Positions 38,010-50,634 of a DNA stretch of 64,000 bases are shown here, in pieces. The stretch spans positions 29,884,001 to 29,948,000 of the forward strand of contig NC_073387.1 in the NCBI RefSeq assembly GCF_028641065.1. The letters are read 5' to 3'. Origin of the DNA: Leucoraja erinacea. Lineage: Eukaryota. The notes under the pieces were generated by a model. The model was not told where the DNA came from. It ran no database searches and saw only the letters and a program-made list of their open reading frames with translations. The translations under genes were made by a program, and so were the position numbers. Every line of letters begins with the position of its first letter. Position 1 is the stretch's first letter.

Positions 38010-39749
38010 TCAGATATAACGTTTTCCATTTTTGCAGCCACTGAAATGTTTTGCTAGAGCTAGCTAACGTGGAGGGAGAGATACAGAGGGATAGTAACAG
38101 GCACACGCTTATTGCCCACACTCCATACAGTTTCTGGGGTTGCGCAATCAGAGAGGCTCAGCTCGTCGCTGCCTCAACTCTTGTCTCTCCCTGTATTTGC
38201 AGCAGAGCTCTGCAAATTTGGCGATTTTGACTATAAAAAATGATAGGAATCATACAGAAATGACATTTATAACACAGATCAGTGGAAAAATCTTTATATT
38301 TATTTTATTTTATTTTATTTTTTTCTTTACGTTTCGTAACAACTATTTTCATTGGAGTATGACAGGTGAGGCTCTGCCTCCCCTAAGCGCACATCCGACA
38401 CAATCTTAATAATTAGCAGTCAGTATCAGTTGATTGGAAGTGAGTTAATCACACATTGCAAACCCTGCTCCAGTTTTCAGGGCCTGTCAGGCTATTTTTA
38501 ATTCACAGCACACAACACCAGGAATATTAAGCTAAACCAACCTCGATAATGTCAATTAAATGGGTTGCCTAACTAATTTTATTAACTATTTTTAATTGGA
38601 AAGAGTGCAGAGAGGATTTACGAGGATGTTGCCAATACTTGAGGGCCTGAGCTCTAGGGAGAGGTTGGACAGGCTGTGCCTCTATTCCTTGAAGGATGAT
38701 GGGTGATTTTATAGAGGCATATAAGATCATGAGGGGAATAGATAGGGTGGATGCATTGAGTCTTTTGCCCAGTGTAGGTTAATCAATAACTTGGGGATAA
38801 AGATTTGAGGTGAGAGAGGAAAGATTTAATAGAAACCTGAGGGGCATCTTTTTCACACAGGGAATGGTGGGTATATGGAACAAGCTACCAGAAGAGCTAG
38901 TTGAGACAGATACTATAGCAACATTCATATAGCATTTGGACAGGTACATGTATAGGAAAGGTTTAGGTGGGACCAGAGTAGATGGGGCATCTTGGCAGCT
39001 TGGACAAGTTAGGCTGTAGGGCCAATTTCCATGCAGTATAACTCCATGACTCTATGTACTGGTAAGTTGTCTAAGTGGTCATTCCCTGTTTGAGGACGCA
39101 TCAGGGTTATTCAACTACAGGAGGCACCAAGGCTACGCCAAAGGATAGTTCTCTGTTTATGCACTTGCTTTCTGAAGGAATCATTTGACAGCGTTTTGAG
39201 CTTCAGCAGCAGCATTCCAGGCAGATAATATTTCTCCCCTCTTCAATCCTTTCCCCACTCACTTAACCAAATATCTTATCTCCTTTTCTTTCTCTCTATA
39301 CCAAATCCAAAATTGTGACTGAAAAGTACATCTCCAATTTTAAAATTGGCTTCAGGACTGCCTGAGACCATGACAGGTGCTACATGAGTGAGTGAGTCCA
39401 GCTAATTAAACATTGATCTGCCAAAACATTATTTCTTAAAGGTAATTGATTTCTGCGATCTGTAGGGTTTAAATATGTCACAATCGTGGCATTAACAATA
39501 AGCCACTCACAACTTTGTCTCTCTAATGCTCTCTGACAGAACATTTTCTATGGCTGAGATATTTTATATAAAATTATTCATGTTTAAATGCAGATAAGTG
39601 TTGTGTTAATTTTCATGTGCTCTAAGTAATTCTTTGAACAAGGTCATCTTAGTTCTACTAACAGAACAGGACTGAGAAATTTGGCAACATCTAGTTTTTT
39701 CTTCAGTAATTACAGTGCCTCATCTGAATTTCCCTATCCCGATAAGCTT

Positions 39750-40050
39750 AAACTTTACTTTTAGACTTTAAAGATACAGCGTGGAAACAGGACCTTCGGC
39801 CCACCGAGTCCTCAACGAAAAGTGATCACCCCATACATTAACACTATCTTACACACTATGGACAATTTACAAATTTTATTCCAGAACCACTTAACTTACA
39901 AACTTGTATGTCTTTGGAGTGTGGAAGGAAACCCAAGCGGTCACAGCGAGAACGTACAAACTCCGTACCGGCAGCACCATGAGACAGGATTGAACTCAGG
40001 TCCCTGGCGATGTAAGACAGCAACTCTACCACTGTGTCGCTGTGCTGCCC
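39750..40050 (-). mobile_element. V-SINE-type SINE (further minus-strand copies at ~605-760, 20225-20515, 25556-25745)
   Basis: Reverse complement begins gggcagcacagcgacacagtggtagagttgctgtcttacatcgccagggacctgagttcaatcctg (tRNA-like A/B boxes). Confidence 0.82.
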
Positions 40051-40734
40051 TGATCACCTCTTGTGTGAAGACATTTTACAAAATCATTGCAGAATTTATC
40101 TTTTACTGGTATCCATTTCCCCAAATCTTGGAATTTAGAAGACCGTAATTTTCAGGATCTTTCCGTGAATCATATAAATTTCTAAGTAATTGCTTTATTA
40201 AGTCAAAATATCTTTGTCCAATATCCACATGAATATTTTTCACCAGGAATCACATGATGAGGATTATCTGGAAACATGTTTCCTTGCCAAAATGATCGAG
40301 ATACTGAAAGTGTCGGACAAAGCACAATGACTTTTTCTGGCGTGCATTTTATGATAAAATTTGGCATGTGATTTGCTTCATGGACTATTATTTTACAGGG
40401 ATTGTAGTCATTGAGGAAATTAAAATTCTAGATATTGTTTATCTTCGAAACCAAGAGGTTTGTGCCATTTCCTGTGATGTATTTTGCACCCATATACAAG
40501 AACAAAAGAAACAGGAGACAGAGAAGGCCAGTTGGTACATCAAACCTATTCCAGCATTCACTAAGATGTTGGTCAATGCAACTTTCCTGCTCTCTCCCCA
40601 TACCATTTAACTTATTTTAAGCCTCACATTGGCAACAATTTTGTGCATGGATCAATTGATCAATTGAATGGGTCACTCAATATTTTCCTCTCCTGCTAAG
40701 ACAAAGGACCCATCGTTTAACAATGTTTGGTAAT

Positions 40735-40925
40735 TATTGTGAGGCAAATGAATCTTGTACGCTACTCGTAATCTACTTAAACTTTATTTAAGCTTTAAGC
40801 AACTAATTTCCGTAATACATAACTTCAAAGCGTCTGGAAAATATTGCTGATTCCACAGGCCTCACCGACCCAAGTCCCCGCACATGCGCACACTCTGGAA
40901 AGGCCCCGCACATGCGCACACTTCA
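40735..40925 (-). repeat. 3' LTR of the Gypsy element
   Basis: Direct repeat of 46526-46716, adjacent to the polypurine tract. Confidence 0.92.
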
Positions 40926-41592
40926 TTCTCCCCTTCCTATTTATAAGTTGAGATGGTCAGGAGGTTTAGTACGTCTTGATGACCATTGCAGCACTGGAGC
41001 ATCAGGAGATAGTGGTGTTTCAATAGCTGGTGGTACATATATTGCTTGGTCATCAACTTCACTCATATTGTTATTTACATTTTCAATTTTAAAATTACTT
41101 ATAGCAGTTTCCATAGGGGTTGATGGGATTGTTGTAGGAAGTTCTTGATTAATATTATTAAGGAGTGATGAAGCTGATGGAGAAGACGGACATGGTGCAA
41201 GGTCACGAAGTGAGACAGTTGATTAACGTCCATCCTGATACTTGACAGTTGCATAAGAAGGGTTAACATCAGTCAATTCAACTTCATCAACAAAAGGGCT
41301 CATTCTTATTGATCGGACATACAGATGAAGCAACATGGCTAGTCATGATGGCATGATGGCAGAGAAGTACCACTAGAAGAACGCCATTTGAAGTTAAAGA
41401 ACCGCTCATGCGGAATAGTATTGGTGGCAGTTGACAGTAGAGATCTGATGGAGTGTAATGCATCTGGCAGAACACACTCCCACTGCTGATCTGGTATGTA
41501 ATTTGACTTTAAAACCAGTTTCACTGCTTTCCAAATGATTCTATTATGCCTCTCAACCTGACCATTTCCAATAGGATGATATGGTGTTGTTG

Positions 41593-43205
41593 GTTAGTTA
41601 AAACAAATGTAGGTCCCTTGCAGTCAGAGGTGAATTGATCATGGGGAACAAGGACATGGCAGACCAATTGAATAACTACTTTGATTCCGTCTTCACTAAG
41701 CAAGGCATAAATAATCTGCCGGAAATAGCAGGGGACCGCGAGTCAAATGAGATGGAGGAACTGAGTGAAATCCAGGTTAGCCGGGAAGTGGTGTTAGGTA
41801 AATTGAATGGATTAAAGGCCGATAAATCCCCAGGGCCGGATAGGCTGCATCCCAGAGTACTTAAGGAAGTAGCCCCAGAAATAGTGGATGCATTAGTGAT
41901 AATTTTTCAAAACTCTTTAGATTCTGGAGTAGTTCCTGAGCATTGAAGGGTAGCAAATGTAACCCCATTTTTTAAAACGGGAGGGAGAGAAAAAATGGGG
42001 AATTACAGACCAGTTAGTCTAACATCGGTAGTGGGGAAATTGCTAGAGCAAAGATGGGATAGCAGCACATTTCGAAAGTGGTGAAATCATTGGACAAAGT
42101 CAGCATGGATTTACAAAAGGTAAATCATGTCTGACGAATCTTATAGAATTTTTCAAGGATGGAACTAGTAGAGTGGATGGAAAGTGGATGTGTTATATCT
42201 GGAATCATTTCGACAAGGTCCCACATAAAAGTCAAACTTAAAGCACATGGTATTGGGGTTTCAGTATTGATGTGGATAGAGAACTGGCTCCAGTAGGAGT
42301 GTCCTTTTAAGAAAGTGGTGGGGAGGCAGGTTCAGTTGGTATTTCAATATATATTAAAAATAATTGATTGATCTCCAAGGCAGATGACACGAAGCTGGGG
42401 ATAGAGGAGGATGCTAGGAGGCTGGAGGTGACTTGGATGGTGGGTGAGTGGGCAAGTGCAGGCAGGCAGTATAATGGGACTGAGGTTACCCACTTTGGGG
42501 AAAAAAGTAGACTATTATCTAAATTGTCGATTAGGAAAAGGGGAGATGCAACAAGACCTGGGTGGCCATGGTTCCGTGCTGTGCAGCAGGCAGTGAAGAA
42601 ATGAATGGCAAAATGATTTGAGTATGGAGCAGGGAGTCTACTGCAGTTGTAGATTGGTGAGACCAAATCTAAATCATTGCGTACAGTTTGACTCCAAATC
42701 TTATAGAATTTTGCCATAGAGGGAGTACAGGAAGGTTCACCAGTAGATTCCTGGGGATAATATGGAGAAACCAGTGGATGTGCTAGAATTTAGAAGGACT
42801 TTAGAAGGCTTTCGACAAGGCCCCACAAAAGAGATTTACCAAAATTATACACACGGGGTTGGTATTGGAAAGGCTTATACAAACTTAGAAGGAAGATTGA
42901 TTGTTCCCGATGTTGGGGAAGTCCAGGAGAAGGGGTCACAGTTTAAGGATAAAGGGGAAAATCCTTTAGACACGAGATGAGAAAAACATTTTTCACACAG
43001 AAATGAATCTCTGGATCTGCCACAGAGGTAGTTGAGGGTTCATTGGCTATATTTAAAGGGTGTTAGATGTGGCCCTTGTGGCAAAGGGAGCAGGGGGTAT
43101 GGTGAAGGCAGGTACAGGATCATTTTCAGCCATGATCATATTGAATGGCGGTGCAGGCTCGAAGGGCCGGGTACTCCGCTAATGTTTCTCATGTTCTATG
43201 GGACC
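41593..43205 (+). mobile_element. CR1 LINE nested in the Gypsy integrase
   Basis: ORF 41635-41946: LNNYFDSVFT, KADKSPGPDRLHPRVLKE. The 3' half is garbled; tail ttctatg at ~43195. Confidence 0.9.
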
Positions 43206-44048
43206 CCAGCTATTTCTATTATAAAGGTAGTCTTTTAAATCTTTTGACATGAATGAGGTGCCCCTATCAGAATGTACGTAACTTGGAAATCCACAGAATG
43301 AAAACATTGATCTAAACATTTGATAACCATAGCAGCTGACATATTTGGACAAGGAAAGGCAAATGGAAACCTTTTGTCAACCATGGAAGTAATAAACATT
43401 GGGAGGATAAAGGCCCTTTGAAGCCTACGTTCCATAGGTTGAGTAAACATACCAAGAACCTTGGTTTTAATTCCCTTCGTTCACATCTTCTGTAGAGAAA
43501 GAGTTTTTAAGGGCCTGTCCCACAGCCTGTGAGTGCAGTGGGGCGAAGAATTGAACAGAGGCACAAAATGCGAGTTAATGTTCCGGGCACATTATCCTTA
43601 CCTGGGCAAACAATTGAATAATTATATGCTGATAATTCACCTCCATTCATGAATTTTACTGTTTGTAATCTTCGTACGTGTCCGATTATCCAGTATAAAA
43701 GCTACTGAACGCTGATCTGTTATCACCGTATGGCTGTAGCTTCCTTTTCGATGGGGGGTTAGTGCAATTCACTACCGATACGAGACATGAAAGCCACTGG
43801 TCGTCCTCCTTAATTAATGTTGCTGTATTGCTAAATCAGAGGCATCACATTCAACAACAAAGGGGAGATCCTCATCGATGGCGTGTTTCGCAGATTCTAA
43901 TTGTTTCTTTAAAGAAGTGGCACCAATTGCTGTAGCCAAGGGGGGGAAAGATTTTGCTCTAATCAAAGTTTGAATTTTGTCAGAAAAATTTGGTGTCCAT
44001 TTAGCCTAATATGCAAACATACCAAGAACCCTTCGTAGAGAGTTTTAA

Positions 44049-44521
44049 GGGCCTGTCCCACTTGCAGGCGATTGCATGCGTTTGGCACGACCAAACGTGG
44101 TCACTTGAGGCGTACGGGCACCGTATGGCCGCGCGGGGCCGATCCCACGTAGAAGTGCGGAGTTTTGCGGGGTTGGTCCCAAGATCGCGCAGGGTTTCGA
44201 ATATTTGATATTGTCCGAAATCTTCACACGCCAACGGCATGTCGGCACGCAGGCGCATTGCGGTCGTACGCAGCATCTTGACGGAGTACGCAGTGTCTTG
44301 ATGGCGTACGCCTAGTGTGTGGCGTTGAGCGATGACGTCACCACCCGACGCTGTGCATCGTCCAAATTCAGTTGGCCCGCCTCCTGCCCAGCTGATTGGT
44401 AAGTATGACGCAAATGACATCACGAGCGAACTTAGCGCGTACTTAGCGTGAACTTTGCGTGTACTACGCTTCCGTTTGGTCGCGCCAAATGCACGCAATC
44501 TCATGCAAGTGGGACAGGCCC
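44049..44521. mobile_element. MITE (non-autonomous DNA transposon) inserted in Gypsy pol
   Basis: About 50-bp TIRs starting GGGCCTGTCCCACTTGCA; TTAA on both sides (TA TSD equally possible); CpG-rich. Superfamily not determined. Confidence 0.88.
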
Positions 44522-46525
44522 TTAATGTAGCTGGAACAGCTATCTCTAGGAGTGGGCGGAGTCTTTCTGGATCAGGCTTGATTATATAATTTCCAACCCA
44601 ATAACCAAGAATATTAATTGATGACACTGATGTTATTGACTTTGCCTCATTTAATGTTAGATTTTTAGAATGTACAATTTCTAAAAACCGTTGTACATTT
44701 TCGTCATGTTCAGCTTGGTCTTTTCCTGCAATAGTTATATTATCAAGATAAGAGAAAGTATCTTTAAGGTTTTCTTGTTTAATAAGTTTGTCTATCTCTC
44801 TCTGAAAAACAGCCACGCCATTAGTTACACCAAAAGGAACTCTGCAGTAGTGGTATAATTTCCCATTGACTTCAAACGCTGTGTATTTCTTCTCTGATCC
44901 TTTCAAAGGAATTTGGTAGTAAGCACTTTTTAGGTCAAATTAGAGAATATCTTATACTTAGCTAATGTATTGATAATCTCTTCTATACGAGGTAATGGAT
45001 TTGCATCAAGCACCGTGAACTGGTTTATAGTTTGAGAGTAATCAATGCAGAGTTTCTTTCTATGTCTCTCCAAGGGGTCCTTAACCACGACAACTTGTGC
45101 CCTCTAAGGGGAAGAGCTGGGTTCTATGATACCCTCTCGTAAAAGATTAGCTACTTCTGTGTTGATAAAGTTTCTGTCATCGTTACTAAAATGTCTTGAT
45201 TTTGTAGCAATTGGCTTGCACTTAGGGGATAAATTAGTGAATAATGAAGGACGTTCAACAGATGCAGCTGAAAAACACACAATACTGGTGGCTTTGACAA
45301 TACAAGATCAGGCATAGTTCCTTCATACTTTATTTGAAGTGATCTGTGCTGTTTCTGAAAATCCTGACCTAGAATTATATCGCTACACAAATCATTCAGA
45401 ATACCAAGACATACAGATTTATAACTAGTTTTGTTCTGAACAAAGTTTACAATACAAGATTCAATAATTTGAGTATTGTGAGTTGTCAGAGCCATCGAGA
45501 TTTCTCTATTTGAAGGAATTATAGTTAGATTTAATCGGGACACAACTTGTTCACTTATAAAACGTTCTGAACTGCCAGAATCAAGTAGCACATTAAGTGT
45601 ATGGCCATTGATGGATACCGTTGTAGCTGCATGAGACAAGCTCTGAGGTAATGCAGGTGTAATTGCACATAAAGAGGGTATACACATGGCAACAGTCATA
45701 CTTTTAGTAGTTGCTTTGGACTTGCATACTCTAGAATAATGTTCCTTCTTGCCACAACTATTACAAGTTGCCTCTCGAGCAGGACATATCTCTCTATTAT
45801 GAATATTACCCCCGCAAAAGTAACACTTCCTTTTCGAATAAGTATTTGCTGCAGCAAGGGCACATTTATTAGTAAAAATTATTTCAGCTTGCTCCATATT
45901 AGTACTTGGGTGAGATTCTTTTGTAGTAGTTGCAGCAGAATACACATTAGATGAGCCATAAGCATCTGAATTTTTCTGAGCCGAGTCTAGTGAGTAAGCT
46001 TGGTGGTAAGTTGACTGTAAATCCAAGGTTTTGTTTTCTAATAGTCTCTGTCGTATTAAAGGTGATGCCAAACCATTGATAAAAGAGTCTCGAATAAATT
46101 CCTGTCGATATTGATCAGCCGTTACTGCTTTGAAGGCACAGTCTTTACTAAGTCTTTGAAGTTCTTGTAAAAATTCATCAAGTAATTCATCAGGTTTTTG
46201 TTTCCGAGTAGCAAGGAGGTGTAGAGCAAATATTACGTTAGGTGTCTTAACGAAGAGTCTGCTTAGTACATCAATAGCAGTATCATAAGTTGTACATTCC
46301 TCTATGTAATCATATATATCATAAGCGACAGAGCTTATTAATGTCCTGATTAGTCTGGTAAATTGTTGCCACGCTCATCAAAGAAGTTATTTAGTGTACG
46401 GAGCCAGTGCTTCCATTCCTTTGCAGCAGTAGGTAAGTTGGGATCCAGATCCAAGCGTTGTGGTTTCAATAGTTTCTCCATCTTGATGTCACACTGCTTA
46501 GATTCTGAGATTGAGTTGCTTAAAT

Positions 46526-46716
46526 TGTTGTGAGGCAAATGAATCTTTTACGCTACTCGTAATTTACTTAAACTTTATTTAAGCTTTAAGCAACTCATTT
46601 TCGTAATACATAATTTCAAAGCGTCTGGAAAATATCGCTGATTCCGCAGGCCTCGCTGACCCGAGACCCCGCACATGCGCACACTCTGGAAAGGCCCCGC
46701 ACATGTGCACACTTCA
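46526..46716 (-). repeat. 5' LTR of the Gypsy element
   Basis: TG...CA ends; direct repeat of 40735-40925; AATAAA on the minus strand; internal tandem ccccgcacatgcgcacact x2. Confidence 0.92.
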
Positions 46717-47451
46717 GTAAGTTTATTTCATTTTTTCAATGTATATCTTGAACTCTCACTGTACTGATCTTAACTAACGAGGTTTTATATCTGTTTCTCA
46801 AATGCTTTTGGATATCATATAATTTCCACAGTCCACCAATGTCCTAACATTTTTTAAAATAGTGATCTTGGCCTTTGAATTTACATTGATTATTAGATTA
46901 TTTTTATATACATAAAAGTCATGGCTACTCAGAACAATTTGTAAGAATGTCTATTGTTGTTTACAGAGCTTTCTATGCTTTTACTCTCCCCATCTTTGTG
47001 CTCTCCTCCAAAGCTACAACTTTGATATTTATAATGCACAACAATACTGCCATCTTGCACATTTTCAGTATTATTTTCCTTTTTGGTCATGTTTTCAGTT
47101 GTCTAGGTCATGAGCTCTGAAGTTCCCTTCCTAAACCTCTCAGCTCTCTGCCTTTCACTACCATTAGAAGTTTCTTCAAACCCAATTAATTCACCACATA
47201 TTTGGCTTCCCATTCTCATAGATCAGTAAAGTAAGTTTGATGATTATTCCTGTGAAATCCTTTGACATAGGAACACAGAAAGGTAGGAGCAGATACCTTT
47301 TCAGTCCATCAAGCCTTAAACACTCAATTCACTCATGGCTAAGCTGCTGTCTCAATATCCCCCACCTCTCCACCTCCCCCCCTCTCCCACTCCTCCACCT
47401 CCACGCTCCACTCTCTGCCCAGAAACCATATGTCCTTTAGTTCTAAGTGTC

Positions 47452-47775
47452 NNNNNNNNNNNNNNNNNNNNNNNNNNNNNNNNNNNNNNNNNNNNNNNNN
47501 NNNNNNNNNNNNNNNNNNNNNNNNNNNNNNNNNNNNNNNNNNNNNNNNNNNNNNNNNNNNNNNNNNNNNNNNNNNNNNNNNNNNNNNNNNNNNNNNNNNN
47601 NNNNNNNNNNNNNNNNNNNNNNNNNNNNNNNNNNNNNNNNNNNNNNNNNNNNNNNNNNNNNNNNNNNNNNNNNNNNNNNNNNNNNNNNNNNNNNNNNNNN
47701 NNNNNNNNNNNNNNNNNNNNNNNNNNNNNNNNNNNNNNNNNNNNNNNNNNNNNNNNNNNNNNNNNNNNNNNNNNN
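47452..47775. other. Assembly gap (324 N)
   Basis: Run of N. Confidence 1.
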
Positions 47776-48314
47776 CATTCAAGTTCTGAGAAGTGGCCCA
47801 CAACATTTGTCTTGGCCCCATTCCATTCTGTTCTTTTTTCCCGACCACTGTTCTCTTTCCCCTGAATTTCAGTTCCGTTTCCCTTTACTCACCTTTTTCA
47901 CTCACAGCCCCTTCCCATATTCTTTCCCACTTGATTTCTGATCCCATGTCTGGCACTCGCCAGCTGCCAGCTGCTTGCTTTGCCTAAAACAGCATGAGTT
48001 TGGACAGAGGCCAATTGGCTTCCAAAATGTCATGTACAAAGTAGCCCTGAGGGTTTGTGGTCATTGCATATGCTCAGTGGGAATGGCAGCATGGCAAGGT
48101 CCTGTTTCCACAGGCTGAATCTGTCTCTGCGGCTGGGAAATTTTTAACCAAAATGCCAGCCCCTACTGTGTTTCTGCCAATTACATTATACTAAAGGCTC
48201 TATATAAATACAAGTTCTGCTCTTTAATAATAGCCAGCTGTCTTGGTTGGTTATTACTCTCTAAAATAGGCAACAAATGAATAGCTGTCGCGTTTGATAG
48301 CTGTATCTTTTAGC

Positions 48315-49090
48315 TCATGTTCATAAATTCATGTCATGGGAGCAGAATAAGGCTATTCGGCCAGTCAAGTCTACTGATATCATGCCGAATATCCTTGTCT
48401 CTGAACCCCATTCTCTGGCCTTCTCCCCATAACCTTTGACACCCTTACTAATCAAGAATATGTCAACCTTCGCTTTAAAAATACCCAATGACTTGGCCTA
48501 CAACAGCCATCTATGGCAATGAATTCCACAGATTCACCTCCCTCTGACTAAAGAAAGTTCTCCTCATCTCCTATCTAAAGGTACGTCTTTTCATTCTGAG
48601 GCTGCCCTCAGGTCCCAAACTGTCCCACTTGTGGGAACATCCTCTCCACATCCAATCTATCTGGGCCTTTCACAATTCAATAGGTTTCAATTAGATCCCC
48701 CCTCATCCTACTAAACTCCAGCAAGCACAGGTCCAGCGTGTCAAATGCTCATTATATGTTAACCCAATCATCCCCATTATCATTCACGTAAACCTCTTCT
48801 GTATCCTCTCCAATGCCAGCACATCCCTCCTCAGCTATGGGGCTCAAAACTGCTCACAATAATTCAAATGCAGTCTGACTAGTGCCTTATAAATCCTCAG
48901 TCTTACATCCCAGTTTTTATATTCTAGTCCTCTTGAAATAAATGCAAACATTGTATTTGCCTTCCTTTCTACCGATTCAACGTAAATTAACCTTTTGGGA
49001 ATCCTGCACCAGCACTCCCAAGTCCCTTTGCATCTCCGATTTTTTTATCCTATCCCCATTTAGAAAATAGTCTATGCCTTTATTCCTACG
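48315..49090 (-). mobile_element. CR1 3' part
   Basis: Same family as 7797-9712 (ggagcagaataaggctattcggcc..., aactgctcacaata). Confidence 0.85.
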
Positions 49091-49249
49091 ACATTCTCGC
49101 ATTTTGGTTATTGAACTATACTGAAGTAAATTGTAATATCCCAAGAGAGAAGTAAAGTGGAGAAAGATGAGAAAAGAGAATTTTGTTTATTATTTGCATC
49201 TCATCTTGATTCAAGAGTATTGGATAAATGACACATTTAACAGCATGTC

Positions 49250-49763
49250 ATGACAGAGGAATGCGCTCCAGAGGGCCATTGACAACGCCCAGAGGATTGT
49301 CGGCTGCCCTCTCCTTACCTTGGAGGACTTACACAGTTCCCGCTGCACCAAAAAATCCCAGAGTATCATAAAGGACATTTCCCACCCCGGACACTCCCTG
49401 TTTGAACTGTTGCCGTCAGGCAGACGGTACAGATCTACAAGGACAAGGACGAACAGACTAAAAAACAGTTTTTACCCCACTGCTATAAAAGCACTAAATG
49501 TAGCCGCCAAGGAATGCAGGGGCGAGACATACTAAGGGACTGTGGTACACTGTGAAATCGACAGAAGGATGGAGGGTTGGGTGTTTATGCGTGCTATTTT
49601 CGTGATATTTATTTTAGTTGTTTATCTTTTAATATTTTACCTTGTATGTATCGTTAGCTTTTAGAAATGTTTGAATGGTGCACTGACTGGCTGACATTTT
49701 TAAATTTCGTTGTACATGGTTCATGTTACAATGACAATAAAGAGACTATTCTATTCTATTCTA
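49250..49763 (+). mobile_element. Rex1/Babar-type LINE 3' end, young
   Basis: LQRAIDNAQRIVG, SIIKDISHPGHSLFELLPSGRRYRS..TNRLKNSFYP; (ctatt)n tail. Confidence 0.88.
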
Positions 49764-50634
49764 CATGGAGGTGTCATTGGCTGATGTTGTTTAAGTCCTT
49801 TGTCAGCGTTAGTTGAAGATGGAAATTCCCCCATGAAGTACCATGTCACGGCAGTTGTTCCACATCTAGAACTGAAACTGGTAGTTCAGATTTAAATGGT
49901 ATTAGCTATTTCTCAGCACGGATTGCTGTCAGGTGTGTACACAAACAGAAACATTGATTTGCCGTCACTTGTCCCAGGCTGCACCTTTTGACTGTCTAAC
50001 TGCAATTTATTGCTGGATTCGACATCAGATAGTGTTGCTGATCTTGGACAGCTGAGTAATATTGCGATGGCACAGCGGTGAAGACACAGAAAGAGCCACT
50101 CCTATTAGCATGTTTAAATATCCTGATTTAAAAAAAAAGGTAGTTGGTATAATTTTTTTAAAGTAGAAAGATTATACTAAATAGACTACACTTGGCTATC
50201 ATTCTGGTCACCAGTTATAAAAAGAATGCAGGTACTTTGGAAATGGCACAAAACAAGATCTACAAGGAGGTAACCCTGTCAGGTAGGTGAAGTCACATTA
50301 GAGTTATGTTTATTAAAGCCTTCCATAAATTTAAATGCATCTATTAGTCAGAAGGATGACATAATAGATGTCTTAAAAATTATTGGTTTTAGTAGAGTAG
50401 GCATACAGAGGCCTTTACTCCTTTTAATGGTTTTAAAACAGTGTTGTGTATCACCTTGACAGTGTTTGTTACAAAGTCCTATAGCAGTCTTCATTGGCAA
50501 GGTTCATATAAGTATTGTAAGACAAATATTTTATGGCTAGGTAAGCAGAGATGTAGCCAAGCAGATGCTCTTAGCAGGATGTTGCTAAGGAGATCTCCAT
50601 AAGGAAAAATACTATATGACACGCCAGTAACTGT

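Larger units (their letters stand above)
40735..46716 (-). mobile_element. Gypsy (Mag-like) LTR retrotransposon, full-length but decayed, with nested CR1 and MITE
   Basis: 191-bp LTRs at 40735-40925 and 46526-46716 (about 13 differences by eye). GTAA(T/G) flanks both ends. PPT AGGAAGGGGAGAA at 40926-40938 (minus). Gag from ATG 46481 with two CCHC knuckles; protease LLDSGS; RT VPFGVTNG..YLDN; RNase H ECDAS; integrase PFAFPC, SDRG, YHPIGNGQVER. Confidence 0.93.

Noticed and set aside
39985-40050. tRNA gene
   Set aside because: The A/B boxes belong to a SINE head continuing into the V-domain and CR1 tail; no full cloverleaf.
40424-40462. Micro-exon candidate (tag|ATATTG...CAAGAG|gtttgt)
   Set aside because: Weak polypyrimidine tract and donor; no recognisable peptide or partner exons.
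44001-44906. 301-aa minus ORF that looks like a novel RT fusion protein
   Set aside because: It is Gypsy RT reading through the inserted MITE by chance; the surrounding pol has stops and frameshifts.
47335-47941. Several 110-176-aa ORFs
   Set aside because: They are artefacts of the N gap.
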